From: an uncultured Lentisphaerales bacterium | GTDB lineage: Bacteria; Verrucomicrobiota; Lentisphaeria; JABSQK01; UBA12247 | Direction of reading: 5' to 3' | Length of the DNA stretch: 64,000 nucleotides | Assembly: GCA_943788985.1 (NCBI GenBank) | Contig: CALSSJ010000018.1 | Location: 1 to 64,000, forward strand | Shown here: positions 21,507 to 33,045 of the stretch, piece after piece | How positions within the stretch are numbered: the first letter of the stretch is position 1 | Layout: each line of letters begins with the position of its first letter | Made by a program: the position numbers and the translations under genes | The notes under the pieces: model-generated | The model's database searches: none | What the model saw: only the letters and a program-made list of their open reading frames with translations | Told to the model about the DNA's origin: nothing

Positions 21507-22502
21507 CTAGCTGCTTTCGGCGACCTTTGCCTGCACGATCGCGGCACGCTTGGCGGCATAGCGCTTGACGAGTTCATCGGCGATGACTCCGAGCAGGATG
21601 ACAATGCCGATGATGGCGAACTCCAGCTGAGTTGGAATACCGAGAATGTTGATCGAATTGTAAAGCACCCGCATGACGGCCGCGCCGATGACGACGCCTA
21701 GGATCGAGCCCTCGCCGCCGCGCAGACTGCAGCCGCCAAGAACGGCCGCCGCGATCGCGTACAACTCGTAGAAGCTGCCGTGGCCGGATGGCTGGACCGA
21801 ATTGATATCCAAGGCGAACAACAAGCCGCCGATCCCGGCACAGGTCGAACAGATTACGTAAGCAAGAATCTCCATCTTGTCAGTGTCGATGCCGCTGTAT
21901 AACGCCGCCTCGCGATTGCGGCCCAGGGCCAGCATGTAGCGTCCCCAAATTGTCTTATTGAGAAAGATTGCCGCAAGGATCGCAAGAATCAGCAGGATGA
22001 GGCAGGGCATTGGAATCGTGAAACTTTCCACGCCCGGCACTGGAATCTTACCCGTTGCCAGCTTGCGCAGCCCGTCGTAGTCTGACCCAAATCCCATCGT
22101 CTTATCACCGGTTCCCCAGCGCGCCAGGCCTCGGTAGATGAGCAAGCCACATAACGTAACCACGAAAGACTGCAATTTGAGCTTGGTGATGAGAAGCCCG
22201 TGAGCGAGGCCGATCAGCACCGAAAGGCCGATTACTGCCGCCAGGGCAGGGCCGACCGACCACCCGTGCTTGACCAGCAAAAACGGCATGATCGAGCCCG
22301 TCAGCCCAATCACCGAGCCAATAGATAGATCAATGCCACCAGTGATGATCACAAACGCCACGCCGATGCTGATGATGCCAAACAATGCCGTCCAACGTAT
22401 CAGATTCTGGATGTTGTAGGCAGTCAGAAAGTTTGGGCTTTTTAGCGAGGTGAAGACACAAATCGCGACCAATAACCCGAATATGCCGAGAATCTTCTTC
22501 AT
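21507..22502 (-). CDS. Sugar ABC transporter permease (RbsC-like)
   Basis: [32 protein letters not shown]; multiple TM helices. Confidence 0.93.
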   Translation of the reverse strand: MKKILGIFGLLVAICVFTSLKSPNFLTAYNIQNLIRWTALFGIISIGVAFVIITGGIDLSIGSVIGLTGSIMPFLLVKHGWSVGPALAAVIGLSVLIGLAHGLLITKLKLQSFVVTLCGLLIYRGLARWGTGDKTMGFGSDYDGLRKLATGKIPVPGVESFTIPMPCLILLILAILAAIFLNKTIWGRYMLALGRNREAALYSGIDTDKMEILAYVICSTCAGIGGLLFALDINSVQPSGHGSFYELYAIAAAVLGGCSLRGGEGSILGVVIGAAVMRVLYNSINILGIPTQLEFAIIGIVILLGVIADELVKRYAAKRAAIVQAKVAESS

Positions 22503-24007
22503 GCTGCGCTCCCGCCAGTAGCCAAGTGCATGACAGCTTGCTCGCTGAGTTCATCACGCAGCAGCTCGCCGCTGATTCGACCTTCGTGCATCACCAGGGT
22601 TCGATCCGACATGCCCAAGATTTCTTCCATTTCGCTCGAGACAAATAGGACCGCCACGCCTTTCGCAGCGAGGTCTTCCATTAACGCATAAATTTCCTGC
22701 CGCGCTCCGACATCGATTCCGCGGGTAGGCTCGTCGAGCAACAACACGCGCGGCCGCAATGACAGCCATTTGCCGATCACCACTTTTTGCTGATTGCCGC
22801 CCGACAAGTACTGGGAGATCTGCCCAGGTCCGGGTGTGCGCACGCGCAGCTCTCTGATCATCTCCTCGGTATCCCGGTCTTCCTGTTCGCCATTGCGGAA
22901 GCCGCACGGCCGCTGATGGCGGCGTAATCCCGGCAACCCGATATTGTGGGTGACCGACATGCCAAGCACCAAGCCCTGCGCTTTGCGGTCCTCGGGAACT
23001 AGGGCGATGCCTGCGCCGATCGCGTCACGCGGGCTGGAGAAATCGGTGACCTCTCCTGCGACACGAATCTGGCCAGCTAACGCCACATCAACGCCAAAAA
23101 GCACTTGCAGCATCTCGGTGCGGCCAGCGCCGACCAATCCGGACAGCCCGACTATTTCGCCGGAGCGGACGGAGAAGTTTAGTTCGTGCTGCGGGTGAGC
23201 GGAGGTAACCAGGTCCTCGACCTGCAGCATCACCTCACCTGGCACATGCTGCTTACGAGCATAGAACTGCGACACATCGCGGCCAACCATCAGGCGAACC
23301 ATGGCATCGTGGTCGATCTCGTCGCGGTGCAGATCTCCGGCGTTCTCTCCGTCTCGCAGTACCGTGACGCGGTCAGCCAGCTCCTTGACCTCGCCCAGTC
23401 GATGTGAAATATAGATGATGCTGACGCCGCGATCGCGCAGATCGTTGACGACGGTGAAGAGTCGCTGGGTTTCTTGGGCCGAAAGACTCGAGGTGGGCTC
23501 ATCCATGATCAGGACCTTGGCGTTGATCGACAACGCTTTGGCAATCTCGACCAGCTGTTGTTGGCCGATCGACAGGCTGCTGACCAATGCCCCCGGGGCG
23601 ACCTCCAAACCGACTTTCTTGAGCTCGACACGAGTGCCAGCCATCATGGCTTGACGGTCGAGCAGGCCGAACTTGAGCAGCTCACGGCCGAGGTAGATAT
23701 TGGCGGCAACGCTGAGATTGTCGGCCAGATTCAGTTCTTGATGAATGAGGGCAACATGATGGTCCAGTGCCGCCTGCACCGAATTGATAATCACCGCCTT
23801 GCCATCAAGCAACAGTTCGCCGCTGTCGGCAGGCTGAACCCCAGCGAGAATCTTCATCAGAGTACTCTTGCCGGCACCGTTCTCACCGAGTACGGCCAAG
23901 ACCTCGCCGTGCCCCAGGGTAAGGGAGACCTCGTGTAACGCACGGACGCCCGGAAAGCGCTTGCTCATGCCGCGGACTTCGAGAAGCGGCGTCTTCGTGT
24001 CACTCAT
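22499..24007 (-). CDS. Sugar ABC transporter ATP-binding protein (RbsA-like)
   Basis: [36 protein letters not shown]. Confidence 0.95.
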   Translation of the reverse strand: MSDTKTPLLEVRGMSKRFPGVRALHEVSLTLGHGEVLAVLGENGAGKSTLMKILAGVQPADSGELLLDGKAVIINSVQAALDHHVALIHQELNLADNLSVAANIYLGRELLKFGLLDRQAMMAGTRVELKKVGLEVAPGALVSSLSIGQQQLVEIAKALSINAKVLIMDEPTSSLSAQETQRLFTVVNDLRDRGVSIIYISHRLGEVKELADRVTVLRDGENAGDLHRDEIDHDAMVRLMVGRDVSQFYARKQHVPGEVMLQVEDLVTSAHPQHELNFSVRSGEIVGLSGLVGAGRTEMLQVLFGVDVALAGQIRVAGEVTDFSSPRDAIGAGIALVPEDRKAQGLVLGMSVTHNIGLPGLRRHQRPCGFRNGEQEDRDTEEMIRELRVRTPGPGQISQYLSGGNQQKVVIGKWLSLRPRVLLLDEPTRGIDVGARQEIYALMEDLAAKGVAVLFVSSEMEEILGMSDRTLVMHEGRISGELLRDELSEQAVMHLATGGSAA

Positions 24008-24022
24008 GAACGAAATGCTTCC

Positions 24023-25075
24023 CTATTCGGCGGGAGCCGCAGTCTTGACCTTCAGATCGGTCCAGAACTCCTCGACATTCTCTTTGGTGATGTTGCGCCC
24101 ATCAATGTTTAGAAAGCCAGATTCTGGGACACCCAGATCAGCAAGTGCTTTGCCTTGTGCCAGGCCGTTCAGGATTTCCACGGACTTATAGCCGTACAGA
24201 TACGGATTCTGAACGGTCGTGCCGATACAATGGCCATCGATAATTGCCTGCAGCGTGGCATCGGCTTCATCGAAGCCAACAAGCTGAATCTTGCCGAGTT
24301 TGTCTGCACCTTTGAGCGCTTCGAGGATGTATGGCGGGTTGTACGCGAACAAGCCGACCATGCAGCCTAGATCCGGATACTTGGCGATCGCATCTTCTGC
24401 CTGACTCTTGGCAGCGCCGAAGTCGAAGTTGTCAGTGCGGGTATCAAGAATCGTGTACGTGTCGTTCTTGATGACCTCGCCAGGCTCGTCATACCGCGAA
24501 GAATCGGGCTCGCGCCCCATGAGTTCGTCAATGATACCCTGACGGCGCAGCTTAGCATTCAACTGCTCCAGGCGTCCGACGAAGATCATCACCGACCCGC
24601 CGTTTGGCAGCGACTGGGCAACCAGCTTTCCACACATTCGGCCAGCCAGGTAATTATCCATGCCTACGTAGGCCATCCGCTTGGATTTGGGGGCATCCGA
24701 GTCGTGGGTGATGAGGTTGCAGTTCTCCGCGGCTTGGTTGAGGATATCTGTCTGATTATCCGGATCGATCGGGCTCACTGCCATACCGTCGACTCCCATC
24801 GTCAGCAACTCTTCGATCATGCGCTTCTGGTTGGCGACCGCGCCATCTGCTGGCGGCATGCGCACCTCAACCTTGCAGCCAAGATCAGCCTCGGCTTTCC
24901 TAGCGCCCGCTTCAGCGATCACCCAGAATGAGGCAATCCCGTTGGTGACATAGGCCACATGTGCCTTCTTGCTGCTGCTGTCGCCGCCCGCTGCTGGCGC
25001 CGGATTGCCACCGCCGCAACCGGTTATGATAATCAGCGATAGCACCGTCAGAATTGGGTAGACTGTTTGTTTCAT
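24023..25075 (-). CDS. Sugar ABC transporter substrate-binding lipoprotein
   Basis: Lipobox IITGC; ITHDSDAPKSKRMAYVGMDNY; VGFDE; QNPYLYGY. Confidence 0.93.
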   Translation of the reverse strand: MKQTVYPILTVLSLIIITGCGGGNPAPAAGGDSSSKKAHVAYVTNGIASFWVIAEAGARKAEADLGCKVEVRMPPADGAVANQKRMIEELLTMGVDGMAVSPIDPDNQTDILNQAAENCNLITHDSDAPKSKRMAYVGMDNYLAGRMCGKLVAQSLPNGGSVMIFVGRLEQLNAKLRRQGIIDELMGREPDSSRYDEPGEVIKNDTYTILDTRTDNFDFGAAKSQAEDAIAKYPDLGCMVGLFAYNPPYILEALKGADKLGKIQLVGFDEADATLQAIIDGHCIGTTVQNPYLYGYKSVEILNGLAQGKALADLGVPESGFLNIDGRNITKENVEEFWTDLKVKTAAPAE

Positions 25076-25497
25076 TGTCCGTTTTCTCCCTTGAATGTGA
25101 TTGCTTTCATTCGGTACTTTACCACTTGGCCCGAAACAAACCACAAAGCTAGGGGCTCAGGCTCACTGTGTCAAGGACCGCCAATCGGCGCACGGCATCA
25201 CTTTACCCCCGGTGAGGTGTTTTCGCTTGCGCGTGAAACTGCACATAGGTAAGGCTGATGCACCAGTTGGAGAGCTGCCACATTCCAAGGGATCAACACC
25301 GTCTCGCTACGGCTGACGCCAGCGAATTCGCGAGTCTCGCGATGCTGAGCAACAGAGCAAGTAGTAGGATAGTTCTCACAAATTCTTCCGGGAAAAATGA
25401 AAAATCAGCTCAGCTCCGTCTGCGCCCATGCGGAGCTGCGCCATACGAGATTTTCACTTTGCTCTGACACGGACGCGCAGGTCAACAAAAATCCGCA

Positions 25498-27400
25498 TTA
25501 TCTGGGCCCGTGTTGCGGTGTTTTTCCGTGGGTGTCAAACTGCAGATAGGCGAGGCTGATGCACCAGGAGGCTCCGTAATTAGACCAGCCTTCCGGATGG
25601 CGAAAGTCTGTTCCGGGCTGGAACGGATACATCCCTGTGCCGGGCATCGAGGCGATGTTGCCCCGAACGTTCTCCAGCCGGGCGCAGACATCGAGCTTGT
25701 ACCGCCTTGGCCAGCCGCGCTCGATCTCAGGAAAGCCTTGCTGCGGATGGCTCGGTGCGGCGTGGAGCATCGGATTGCGACCGAAGACATGATCAATAGA
25801 GGCCAAGGCCAGCTCTTCCAGGCGTTGTTTGAGCTCCGGATCATCTACCACCCAGGAAGCGGCGGTATAGATGGCTGGTAGACTGAGCGAATTCCCCACT
25901 TCGTTCATCCCCGGGATGGTCCAGAGCTCGTCGCTGAAGCGCCGAAAATCCCAGAGGTTGTTGGCCCGGCTGACCGCGACCTCCGCCCATTCGGTGATCT
26001 TCGCTTTCAAACCAGCGGGAGCCTGGTCGGGATAGCTCTGCAAGAACCAGACGAGGTTGGGAATGGTGCGGTGCTCGCTGAGTCTATGGCCCTTGGTTGT
26101 GAGGGGATTGTGCCAGTCTAGGTTCTGGATGATCCATTCGGTTTGAGTGATCGCAGCGCGGAGGTATCGATCTGCATCTGAGCGTTTCTCACGCTTGGCC
26201 ACTTCGTGCATGAGGAGGTTGGGGACGATCGAGTGACCGGGGGCATGACGTCCCTTGAAGGGGTGCATCTGCTTCCCGCGCCAATCATCAATCACGGTGT
26301 AGGTATCGGCGGACCAGAGTGGGCTAACCTTGAACGACTGCCCCCAATAGGTAAAGCAAAAGGTGCGGCACTGGTCATAGAAGGACTGGGGTAGCCAGCG
26401 CTTCAGCGTCGGCCAGGCCCAGAGGACGTAGGCGATTTGCTCGACGGTTTGTGGCTCGATGGAGCCCACCTCGTCCTTGCTGGAACTCGGGTCACGCCCA
26501 TTCGGTTTCATCAGAATGTAGCCCGCTCCCCAATGGATCAGCTTCACCACATCCGGAGCATCTGGCTTCGGGGGCTCGAGCTGGTAGTAATTCCGCACCG
26601 CATCCATGACGCCACCCGAACAAGGGTTCTTGGCATCAAAGGCGAAGTCTGGCGCGGGTGACGCGGGCTTTGTCCGCCTCCCAATCAATCTGAACCGGCA
26701 TGGCGTTGATGAACTGCGGATCCGACAGGTAGAACTTCACGAGGGCAGGGACGATGGCGTCGTAGTAGGTGCTATCCCGAAAGGCACAGCCGCCGTAGGC
26801 CACTGGGATGAGTTCCCGTCACGGCACGGACATCGTTCAGGAAGTCCACTGCGGTCTGCCAGTACTGTTTCGCGCGCCAGGTCTTTGCGGACCAGGAAGG
26901 GATCACTGGTGTTGGCTTTGAGCTCACCGCCTTCAAGATCGATGACATACCGGACGTCGGAATCCGCTGGCTTGAAGTCTGTAAAGTCACCGATTCCGCC
27001 CTGAATTGCACCGCTGAAAAGAACAGCCGTCTGGTGCTGCGCGCGAATCTTGAATGCAGTTCCATCGGCGGACAAAGGAGCGGTTTAAAACGCTTCGGGC
27101 GTTTCGTGAGGTAGCCGATCTGATTCAGGCCAATTTGATGCTGGCTGAGGCTGATTTCATACGCTTCTGCGTCGCTACCGTGCTCTCCGACATCCTTAAG
27201 TCCCTGCGCTTCCTTATTGTCGTAGACTGCGATCTCGCGAATACGGCCAGCTGTCGGTTTGAGGTGGACAAGACGAATCTTGGACACATTCGTCCGGTCG
27301 ATATAGACCACGCTTCGCAGTCTTGGTGTTCTCCCGAATCTCCCAATCGGCATGTCTTTGCCAGGCTCCGTCCACCTCGAGCAGGACCATCGAAGGCCTG
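25498..27400 (-). CDS. Frameshifted C-terminal part: end of discoidin domain + CelD-like Ig domain + (alpha/alpha)6 GH9-like domain
   Basis: Stitched from ORFs 27214..27438, 26772..27353, 26737..27075 and 25498..26688: RIREIAVY; GLNQIGYLTKRPKRF (CelD_N-like); ASIDHVFGRNP. Confidence 0.6.
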
Positions 27401-30400
27401 CAGACTGTCGCCTTTGTTCCAGCCGGAGAAAACATCAATCATCCCGACGGTAATCGGCTCCGAGAAGGCCAGTTCAAGCCACGGATTCTTATCATGCTCC
27501 GCGCCCAACCAACGCGAGGCGTCGCTGACTACCCTGTCTTTTACCTTGTCCGGCACGTAGGCATCTCGATAACTACTCGCAGAGACGACGGATCGTGCCG
27601 CCCAGTTTATCTCTGCGGCTGTCGCTATTGCCGATGGGATCAGAATGGGTGCTGTGGCGACCATAAGTAACCTCTTTTGAATTTTGCGTGGTTCAGTCTC
27701 TGTTGCTACCTTTTGTGGATCTTTCTCTGGACGAATCACGTCGACCTCGCCACTGGGCTTGTAGCCATTGAGCACAAACGCAAACTTGTCACTCTCGCCA
27801 TCAAGAGGAACGGTTACTTCCCAGGGGAATTCAGTGTCTTCGGCGCGCTTCTCACCTGAGGCCGTCTGATAGACCAATTCGACCTTTGTGTAGTCGTGCT
27901 TGCTGTATTCCAGAAACACATAGGCGAAGCGGCTTGCTGAGCCCAAGTTGAGGATCATCGCTTTTCCAGGCGCGCCTGTTAGTTCGACCAGATCACGAGC
28001 CCAGGCCGTACTTTCGTCGAGATCGGCAATCGTATTTTGAAAGGCTGGTGTTACCTGCAACCGCTGGATGATGAGGGCCGTCACGCCGCGCCCTTTGACA
28101 GGGACGCGTAACGTTCCGTTGCTCAGCGTTGCCTGGGTCCTGTCGCTGCCAGAGATCACGTCCACGACGTACTCTGCATCATGGACCGCAGGCAGACGAG
28201 TCTGGTCAAAGAGAATCTCCGCCTCGATCAATTGCTCCGATTCGTTCATCAACGCTACGTACAGGTCACGTTCGCCACGTGCGGCGATGTAGTTGATCTG
28301 ATCCGGCACGGCAATAAGCTTCTTAGGCATCCACAGCAGCGCATCGTCGCGGCCAAAGAAGGTACCCTTCATCGCCCCATAGGCCTTGTTCTGCATGTAG
28401 GCATAGCCCTCGCTGTAGTTATAGGGGAAGTCAATCTGCCCGTCCGAGCGGACAAAGGCATCGGTCACCAGGTAGTCCATCAGCATCGATAGCATTGGCA
28501 GAATGTGGTTGTAGTGGAATGAACAGACGCTCTGATCTTTGTGGCCACAGAGCGGAAAGTCCTTCTTCTCGTAGGCTGTGGTGCGGGCGGTGTTGATGTG
28601 GTAGCCGGGGAAGTTGCGATAGCGGCCGATGACTGCCGAACGGGCAATCTCCATCAGGAAGCTGTCGCCAGCGAGGTGCCCAATCTTGAGCATCCATGGG
28701 GCGTGATTGGCCATGAAGATCGCGCGGTGGCCGGAGCAGGTTCCGGAGGACTCGGCCGTCAAGCCCATGGCCGAGAGCCGCCAGGCCGGGACAGTTTCTT
28801 CAGGCAGCAGGACCCTCTTGTGCCCCTTGCCTTTCAGATACCAATACTCCGGCGCCTTACCGCCTTTGTTCACAGTGATATCCGTGGGCGGGACCGCCGG
28901 GCTCGTCCATACATACTGCGCATACCGGCGGGCACCGGTTCTGGCAGCGTCAAGAAATCGCTGCTCGCCAGTGGCCTCGAATAGCATCAGAAGGTCGATG
29001 TAGCGCGGCGCATACCCAGTCCAGAACATGGCACCGCCTGCCGCATCCGGGTCGTTGAAGCTTGTTTGCGCCGTCTCAACCCGCTTTCGGATATAGCGGT
29101 CTGCACCAGCGATCGCAGCCTCAAGCTGCCGCTTTTCTCCCGTCGTTCGGTACACGGCCAGCGCGTTCCACCAGGTATTGCCTTTTTCGGGCACATTCAG
29201 ATTCCGAATCCGCGAACGGGTCAGCTCCTGTTCGGCCAGCGTTTTGAACAGGGGCGTCGCTTTGTGAAACATCGAATGTAGGGCCGCCAGTTCACTGATC
29301 GGTGCCGCCGGACCATCGAGACGATACGACGGAAACTGGGTCTTTTGGTTTTCATCGGTGGTGAACAGGAATTTCCCCCGGGAGAGCATGTACTCCATGT
29401 AGGGATAGGCCCGCCGGTCAAACATCGGCTTGTCGTCCATGACAATAGCCAAGTCAAGCGGGTCAATACTTGAGACATTTTTGACTGCCCCAGGCGCATC
29501 GGTGGAGTAATTGCAGCCCTTGTTCTGTTCACGAAATAAGCTGAATGGACTCATCACATAATCCGCGATGTTGTCGACCGTCCGGTTGAGCGAACCAAGC
29601 GCGTTGTTGCGGAGATCGCAAAAGCCGTACAAGTCTCTGGCCACTTGCTCCTGCGCTTTCATACTGTCGCCCGCGGTAGTAAGCAAACGCATGGTAAACG
29701 GATACGAACGCTCTGCGCCCATCTTTGACTCCAGTCCACCAAGCGCAGGGGCGAACAGCATGGGGCGGGCATTTCCGTTCACATCTCGTACCGCGACGCC
29801 AAAGCGGGAATTACTGGAGAGCGGCAACGGATCGAATGGGTACTCTTTCGGATCGGCCACCACCCCAGTGGTTACGCCGTTCTCGGTAACAAAAGCCGAT
29901 GGCACCGGGCAGCGGTAGGCCAAGGTGAGATGGCTCCGTTTTGGGAACCGCTTTTCCTGCCAAACGAGAGGCTGCCAGATCTCGTCGGCTGCCGCCAGGC
30001 TGCAAGCGGGCGCCCCCATGTAGCCAACTGAGTAGTACCCGTCTTGGGCTGGCTTGAACTCAAAGGAGAGCGAGGGGAATGCCGTGCCGGCTTCCAGCGT
30101 CAGCCGAGCGGTCAAGGAAAACAGCGGATGATCATGAAACGAAAACTCCAGCCCATGGTCAGTCAGCGCATAACTCTTGGCAGAGATCCAGAACGAAGGC
30201 GCAGCCTGAAAGACATCAGCGGTTCGCCCTTTTGTTCCCCCTGTGAGAATTGACGGGTCGAACCCGTCACCTACGGCGAAATGATCCGGGCCGCTTGCTG
30301 TCTTCAAGGGGCTTGCCTTGGCGGGATCTGCGGCCGCCCAGGTGGAAACCGTGTAGCGAGGGCCACCGCTCAAAGGCCTTAATCGAAGCAGCGGATCCTG

Positions 30401-32743
30401 CTTGTTTACCAAAACGACGAAGTCTAAGGTGAACGTGCGGCTGCTTGTCGCGGCTTCACGCATCACGATCGTGTTGCTGTCTCTGACCTCGATGCGGAAG
30501 CGCTCGTTTTCCATTACCTCGCACCTGGCAGGGCTGCGCGAGTCCATGGCGAGTGCATATTCATAGGACTCGCCAGGAGCAAGTTCAAACGACAGGGCAC
30601 CAGTCGTCGGAGAGAGCGCATGAGCAACGGGCCTTCCCGTCGCCGCGCTCCAGATTCCAGGGGCGCTGTCCTTGCGCAGGCGCAGCTTGCTGATGGATGC
30701 CCCGTCGGGATGGTGAAACGTGAAGCTTCGTGGCGGTGTGTCGACCGGGTAGATATGCGCCTGTAGGGGCGCGTTGTCGGATGCGCGGGTCACCAAAATC
30801 CCCGTCCCGCCCACAAAACAGGGCGTCTTGCCCACCGGCATGGAAAAGTCCTTGAGGAGCTTGGGGCCTTGGTATTTCTGGCCAGTGTCGTAGTCGAACC
30901 AAGCCCCCGTGGGCAGGTAGAGATCCATTGTTCCAGAGGAATGGTTTTTAACCAAGGGAGCGCACAGCAGCGACTCGCCGGCGAGCCACTGATAATGTGC
31001 GAGTTCCGCTGCATTTTCGTCCTCGGGATAGGCGATGGCAAGCGGGGTCAGGGTGTAGGGATAGCCGGTCTCGTATGATTTCATCGCCGCATCGTACAGG
31101 GTGGGCCCGATCTGATAGTGGAAATTGATCGGCTTCTTGAACAGGGCCTGCTGTTTGGGGCTCCAGGAAAACGGATTTTCTGCAACCGCCAGCCCGGCCG
31201 TGAGCGCCATCAACCAGCCGTGGCGGACCACGTCCTCCGAATAGTGCTTCATCTTTCGAAATCCCACCGTGTCGGAATACACATTCGGCGCGCCGCTGGC
31301 TGCATACTGGAGGTAGTTGATGGGCGTCCGCTTGGTCATATCCTTGACCTGGGTATCGTTGATGCGCAGCAAGGTGCCGGGCGAGCTGAAGCTGCCGCAG
31401 CGAGCCATCACCAGCGTGCCGTCATTGGCGAGCCGAGACACGGGCGCATTGAAAATGTCGAGTAGGCCAGATCCGACATTCATCATCGTATCTTCTTTGA
31501 TGCCATCAATGCCCCAGGAGCGGTAGAGCCCCGCATACCAGTCGACTGCCTCGAGATTGCGGCCGTCCAGCAGGTAGCAGGGGACAATCGGAAACCAAGG
31601 GGAGGTCTTCTTCAGCAGCGTTCCAGACGCGTCTTTTAGGAAGTATCCCTTGTCCACACCAACCGTTGAAAGCGGATTGCCGTTGAAAAACTTTCCTTTG
31701 AGGTTGAAGTCGCGCTTCTTGGTCGCCGGGATATGCGGCCCGCCGGGGAGCACAAAGTTGGTGCGCAGGCCGATCATCCATTTCACGTCGCGCTCATGCA
31801 TCTTCTGCTTAAACGCGCTTGGAGCCGGGAATTTCTCCCCGAACTTCCCGAAGCTGGTGGTGGTGCCGCCCTCTTCCCAGAAACCCGATCCGGTGACCGC
31901 CCACCGAATCGGATAGCCGTGGTCCTGAAAATTGGTAATCGACTTGAGGACGGTTTCCGCGCGCGTCTGATACCCGAGCGCCGCCCAGGATTCCCAGCCC
32001 AATTCGAAAAGTCGAAACTTGGGTTTCACCTGCGGGTAGCCCTTGGCGGTCAACAGGGAGCGGTACTTCCGGTAGATGCCGGGCACCTCTCCCAGAAAGT
32101 AGTGAAAGGTCGCCGGCTCGGCCGCGTTGACGCTCATGGTATAGCCATCGGGCCCCAGAGTCACCTTTGGGTTCTTGCCATCAAGCACCACACCGGCCAG
32201 TTGATTGTGGGGAAAGATGACAAACGAGCTTTGCCAGCGCTCCGAACCGCCATTGTTGAGTAGTTTGTATGTCCTTGCCTTGTCGCGAACAAGGTTCAGT
32301 TGCCCACTCCAGCCGCCTGCATCACCAAGGCCATAGGCGACCGACATGCCGCCTAGGCTCAACGCGATCGTGCACGCGTCCTTCTTTTCCGGGACCACCG
32401 TGATGGCTACGAGCCCCGAGGAAGCCTCGACAGAGACCTCAGCCTTCAGGCCGGTCTCCGTTGCCACCACATAGATGCCAGGACGGCCGGGATTCACCTT
32501 AGTGGAAACCACAGCCTGGCCGTCTATCCGCAGGCCTGTTTGCGTATGCATGGGGGCCAGCGCCTTGCCGCTGGCATCGGCGAATCCAAAGCGAAACCCG
32601 TCCAAGGCAAGTTTCATCTGGTTCTTGCCAATCAGAACAGCCGCCGTGTCTGCGCTAGCTGATGAGGCAGTGAGCAGAGTTGCAATTAGCATCAATCGGA
32701 AAATGCTTCGATGAGACGGCCATTGTGGGGCATTATACGGCAT
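27125..32743 (-). CDS. Large secreted multi-module protein: GH31-like catalytic module + ~930-aa uncharacterised module + F5/8-type discoidin domain
   Basis: Signal peptide from ATG 32743; GH31-like GIDGIKEDT, RINDT, WLAGESLLCAP, YLPTGAWFDYDTG, TPCFVGG; then a second module; then SASSY...SRWLG...WLELAF discoidin. Confidence 0.8.
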   Translation of the reverse strand: MPYNAPQWPSHRSIFRLMLIATLLTASSASADTAAVLIGKNQMKLALDGFRFGFADASGKALAPMHTQTGLRIDGQAVVSTKVNPGRPGIYVVATETGLKAEVSVEASSGLVAITVVPEKKDACTIALSLGGMSVAYGLGDAGGWSGQLNLVRDKARTYKLLNNGGSERWQSSFVIFPHNQLAGVVLDGKNPKVTLGPDGYTMSVNAAEPATFHYFLGEVPGIYRKYRSLLTAKGYPQVKPKFRLFELGWESWAALGYQTRAETVLKSITNFQDHGYPIRWAVTGSGFWEEGGTTTSFGKFGEKFPAPSAFKQKMHERDVKWMIGLRTNFVLPGGPHIPATKKRDFNLKGKFFNGNPLSTVGVDKGYFLKDASGTLLKKTSPWFPIVPCYLLDGRNLEAVDWYAGLYRSWGIDGIKEDTMMNVGSGLLDIFNAPVSRLANDGTLVMARCGSFSSPGTLLRINDTQVKDMTKRTPINYLQYAASGAPNVYSDTVGFRKMKHYSEDVVRHGWLMALTAGLAVAENPFSWSPKQQALFKKPINFHYQIGPTLYDAAMKSYETGYPYTLTPLAIAYPEDENAAELAHYQWLAGESLLCAPLVKNHSSGTMDLYLPTGAWFDYDTGQKYQGPKLLKDFSMPVGKTPCFVGGTGILVTRASDNAPLQAHIYPVDTPPRSFTFHHPDGASISKLRLRKDSAPGIWSAATGRPVAHALSPTTGALSFELAPGESYEYALAMDSRSPARCEVMENERFRIEVRDSNTIVMREAATSSRTFTLDFVVLVNKQDPLLRLRPLSGGPRYTVSTWAAADPAKASPLKTASGPDHFAVGDGFDPSILTGGTKGRTADVFQAAPSFWISAKSYALTDHGLEFSFHDHPLFSLTARLTLEAGTAFPSLSFEFKPAQDGYYSVGYMGAPACSLAAADEIWQPLVWQEKRFPKRSHLTLAYRCPVPSAFVTENGVTTGVVADPKEYPFDPLPLSSNSRFGVAVRDVNGNARPMLFAPALGGLESKMGAERSYPFTMRLLTTAGDSMKAQEQVARDLYGFCDLRNNALGSLNRTVDNIADYVMSPFSLFREQNKGCNYSTDAPGAVKNVSSIDPLDLAIVMDDKPMFDRRAYPYMEYMLSRGKFLFTTDENQKTQFPSYRLDGPAAPISELAALHSMFHKATPLFKTLAEQELTRSRIRNLNVPEKGNTWWNALAVYRTTGEKRQLEAAIAGADRYIRKRVETAQTSFNDPDAAGGAMFWTGYAPRYIDLLMLFEATGEQRFLDAARTGARRYAQYVWTSPAVPPTDITVNKGGKAPEYWYLKGKGHKRVLLPEETVPAWRLSAMGLTAESSGTCSGHRAIFMANHAPWMLKIGHLAGDSFLMEIARSAVIGRYRNFPGYHINTARTTAYEKKDFPLCGHKDQSVCSFHYNHILPMLSMLMDYLVTDAFVRSDGQIDFPYNYSEGYAYMQNKAYGAMKGTFFGRDDALLWMPKKLIAVPDQINYIAARGERDLYVALMNESEQLIEAEILFDQTRLPAVHDAEYVVDVISGSDRTQATLSNGTLRVPVKGRGVTALIIQRLQVTPAFQNTIADLDESTAWARDLVELTGAPGKAMILNLGSASRFAYVFLEYSKHDYTKVELVYQTASGEKRAEDTEFPWEVTVPLDGESDKFAFVLNGYKPSGEVDVIRPEKDPQKVATETEPRKIQKRLLMVATAPILIPSAIATAAEINWAARSVVSASSYRDAYVPDKVKDRVVSDASRWLGAEHDKNPWLELAFSEPITVGMIDVFSGWNKGDSLQAFDGPARGGRSLAKTCRLGDSGEHQDCEAWSISTGRMCPRFVLSTSNRQLAVFARSQSTTIRKRRDLRMSESTVATQKRMKSASASIKLA

Positions 32744-33045
32744 ATTGTATCTCCGGTTTCTCTGTTGAGACGGCGGCGTAATAGGGCAAGGATACGGTGC
32801 CGATCCGTCCTCCGCAGGCAAAGTGCCATACTTGTATTGCTCTCTCAAAAACTTACACTTTTCCATCTAATACCGAGCGTCAAAAACGGGCGCCACGAAA
32901 CGGGAGAGCACTATGCCGAGTATGGCCACTGCCGCCATCTGACGTCTGATCTCCGCGCCAATGAAGTCGCGACCGAACACCGCCTTGTCCATTTATCGGA
33001 TGCGCCCCAAGGCGATGATTCCCATACTTCAGGAATGGCCTGTGT

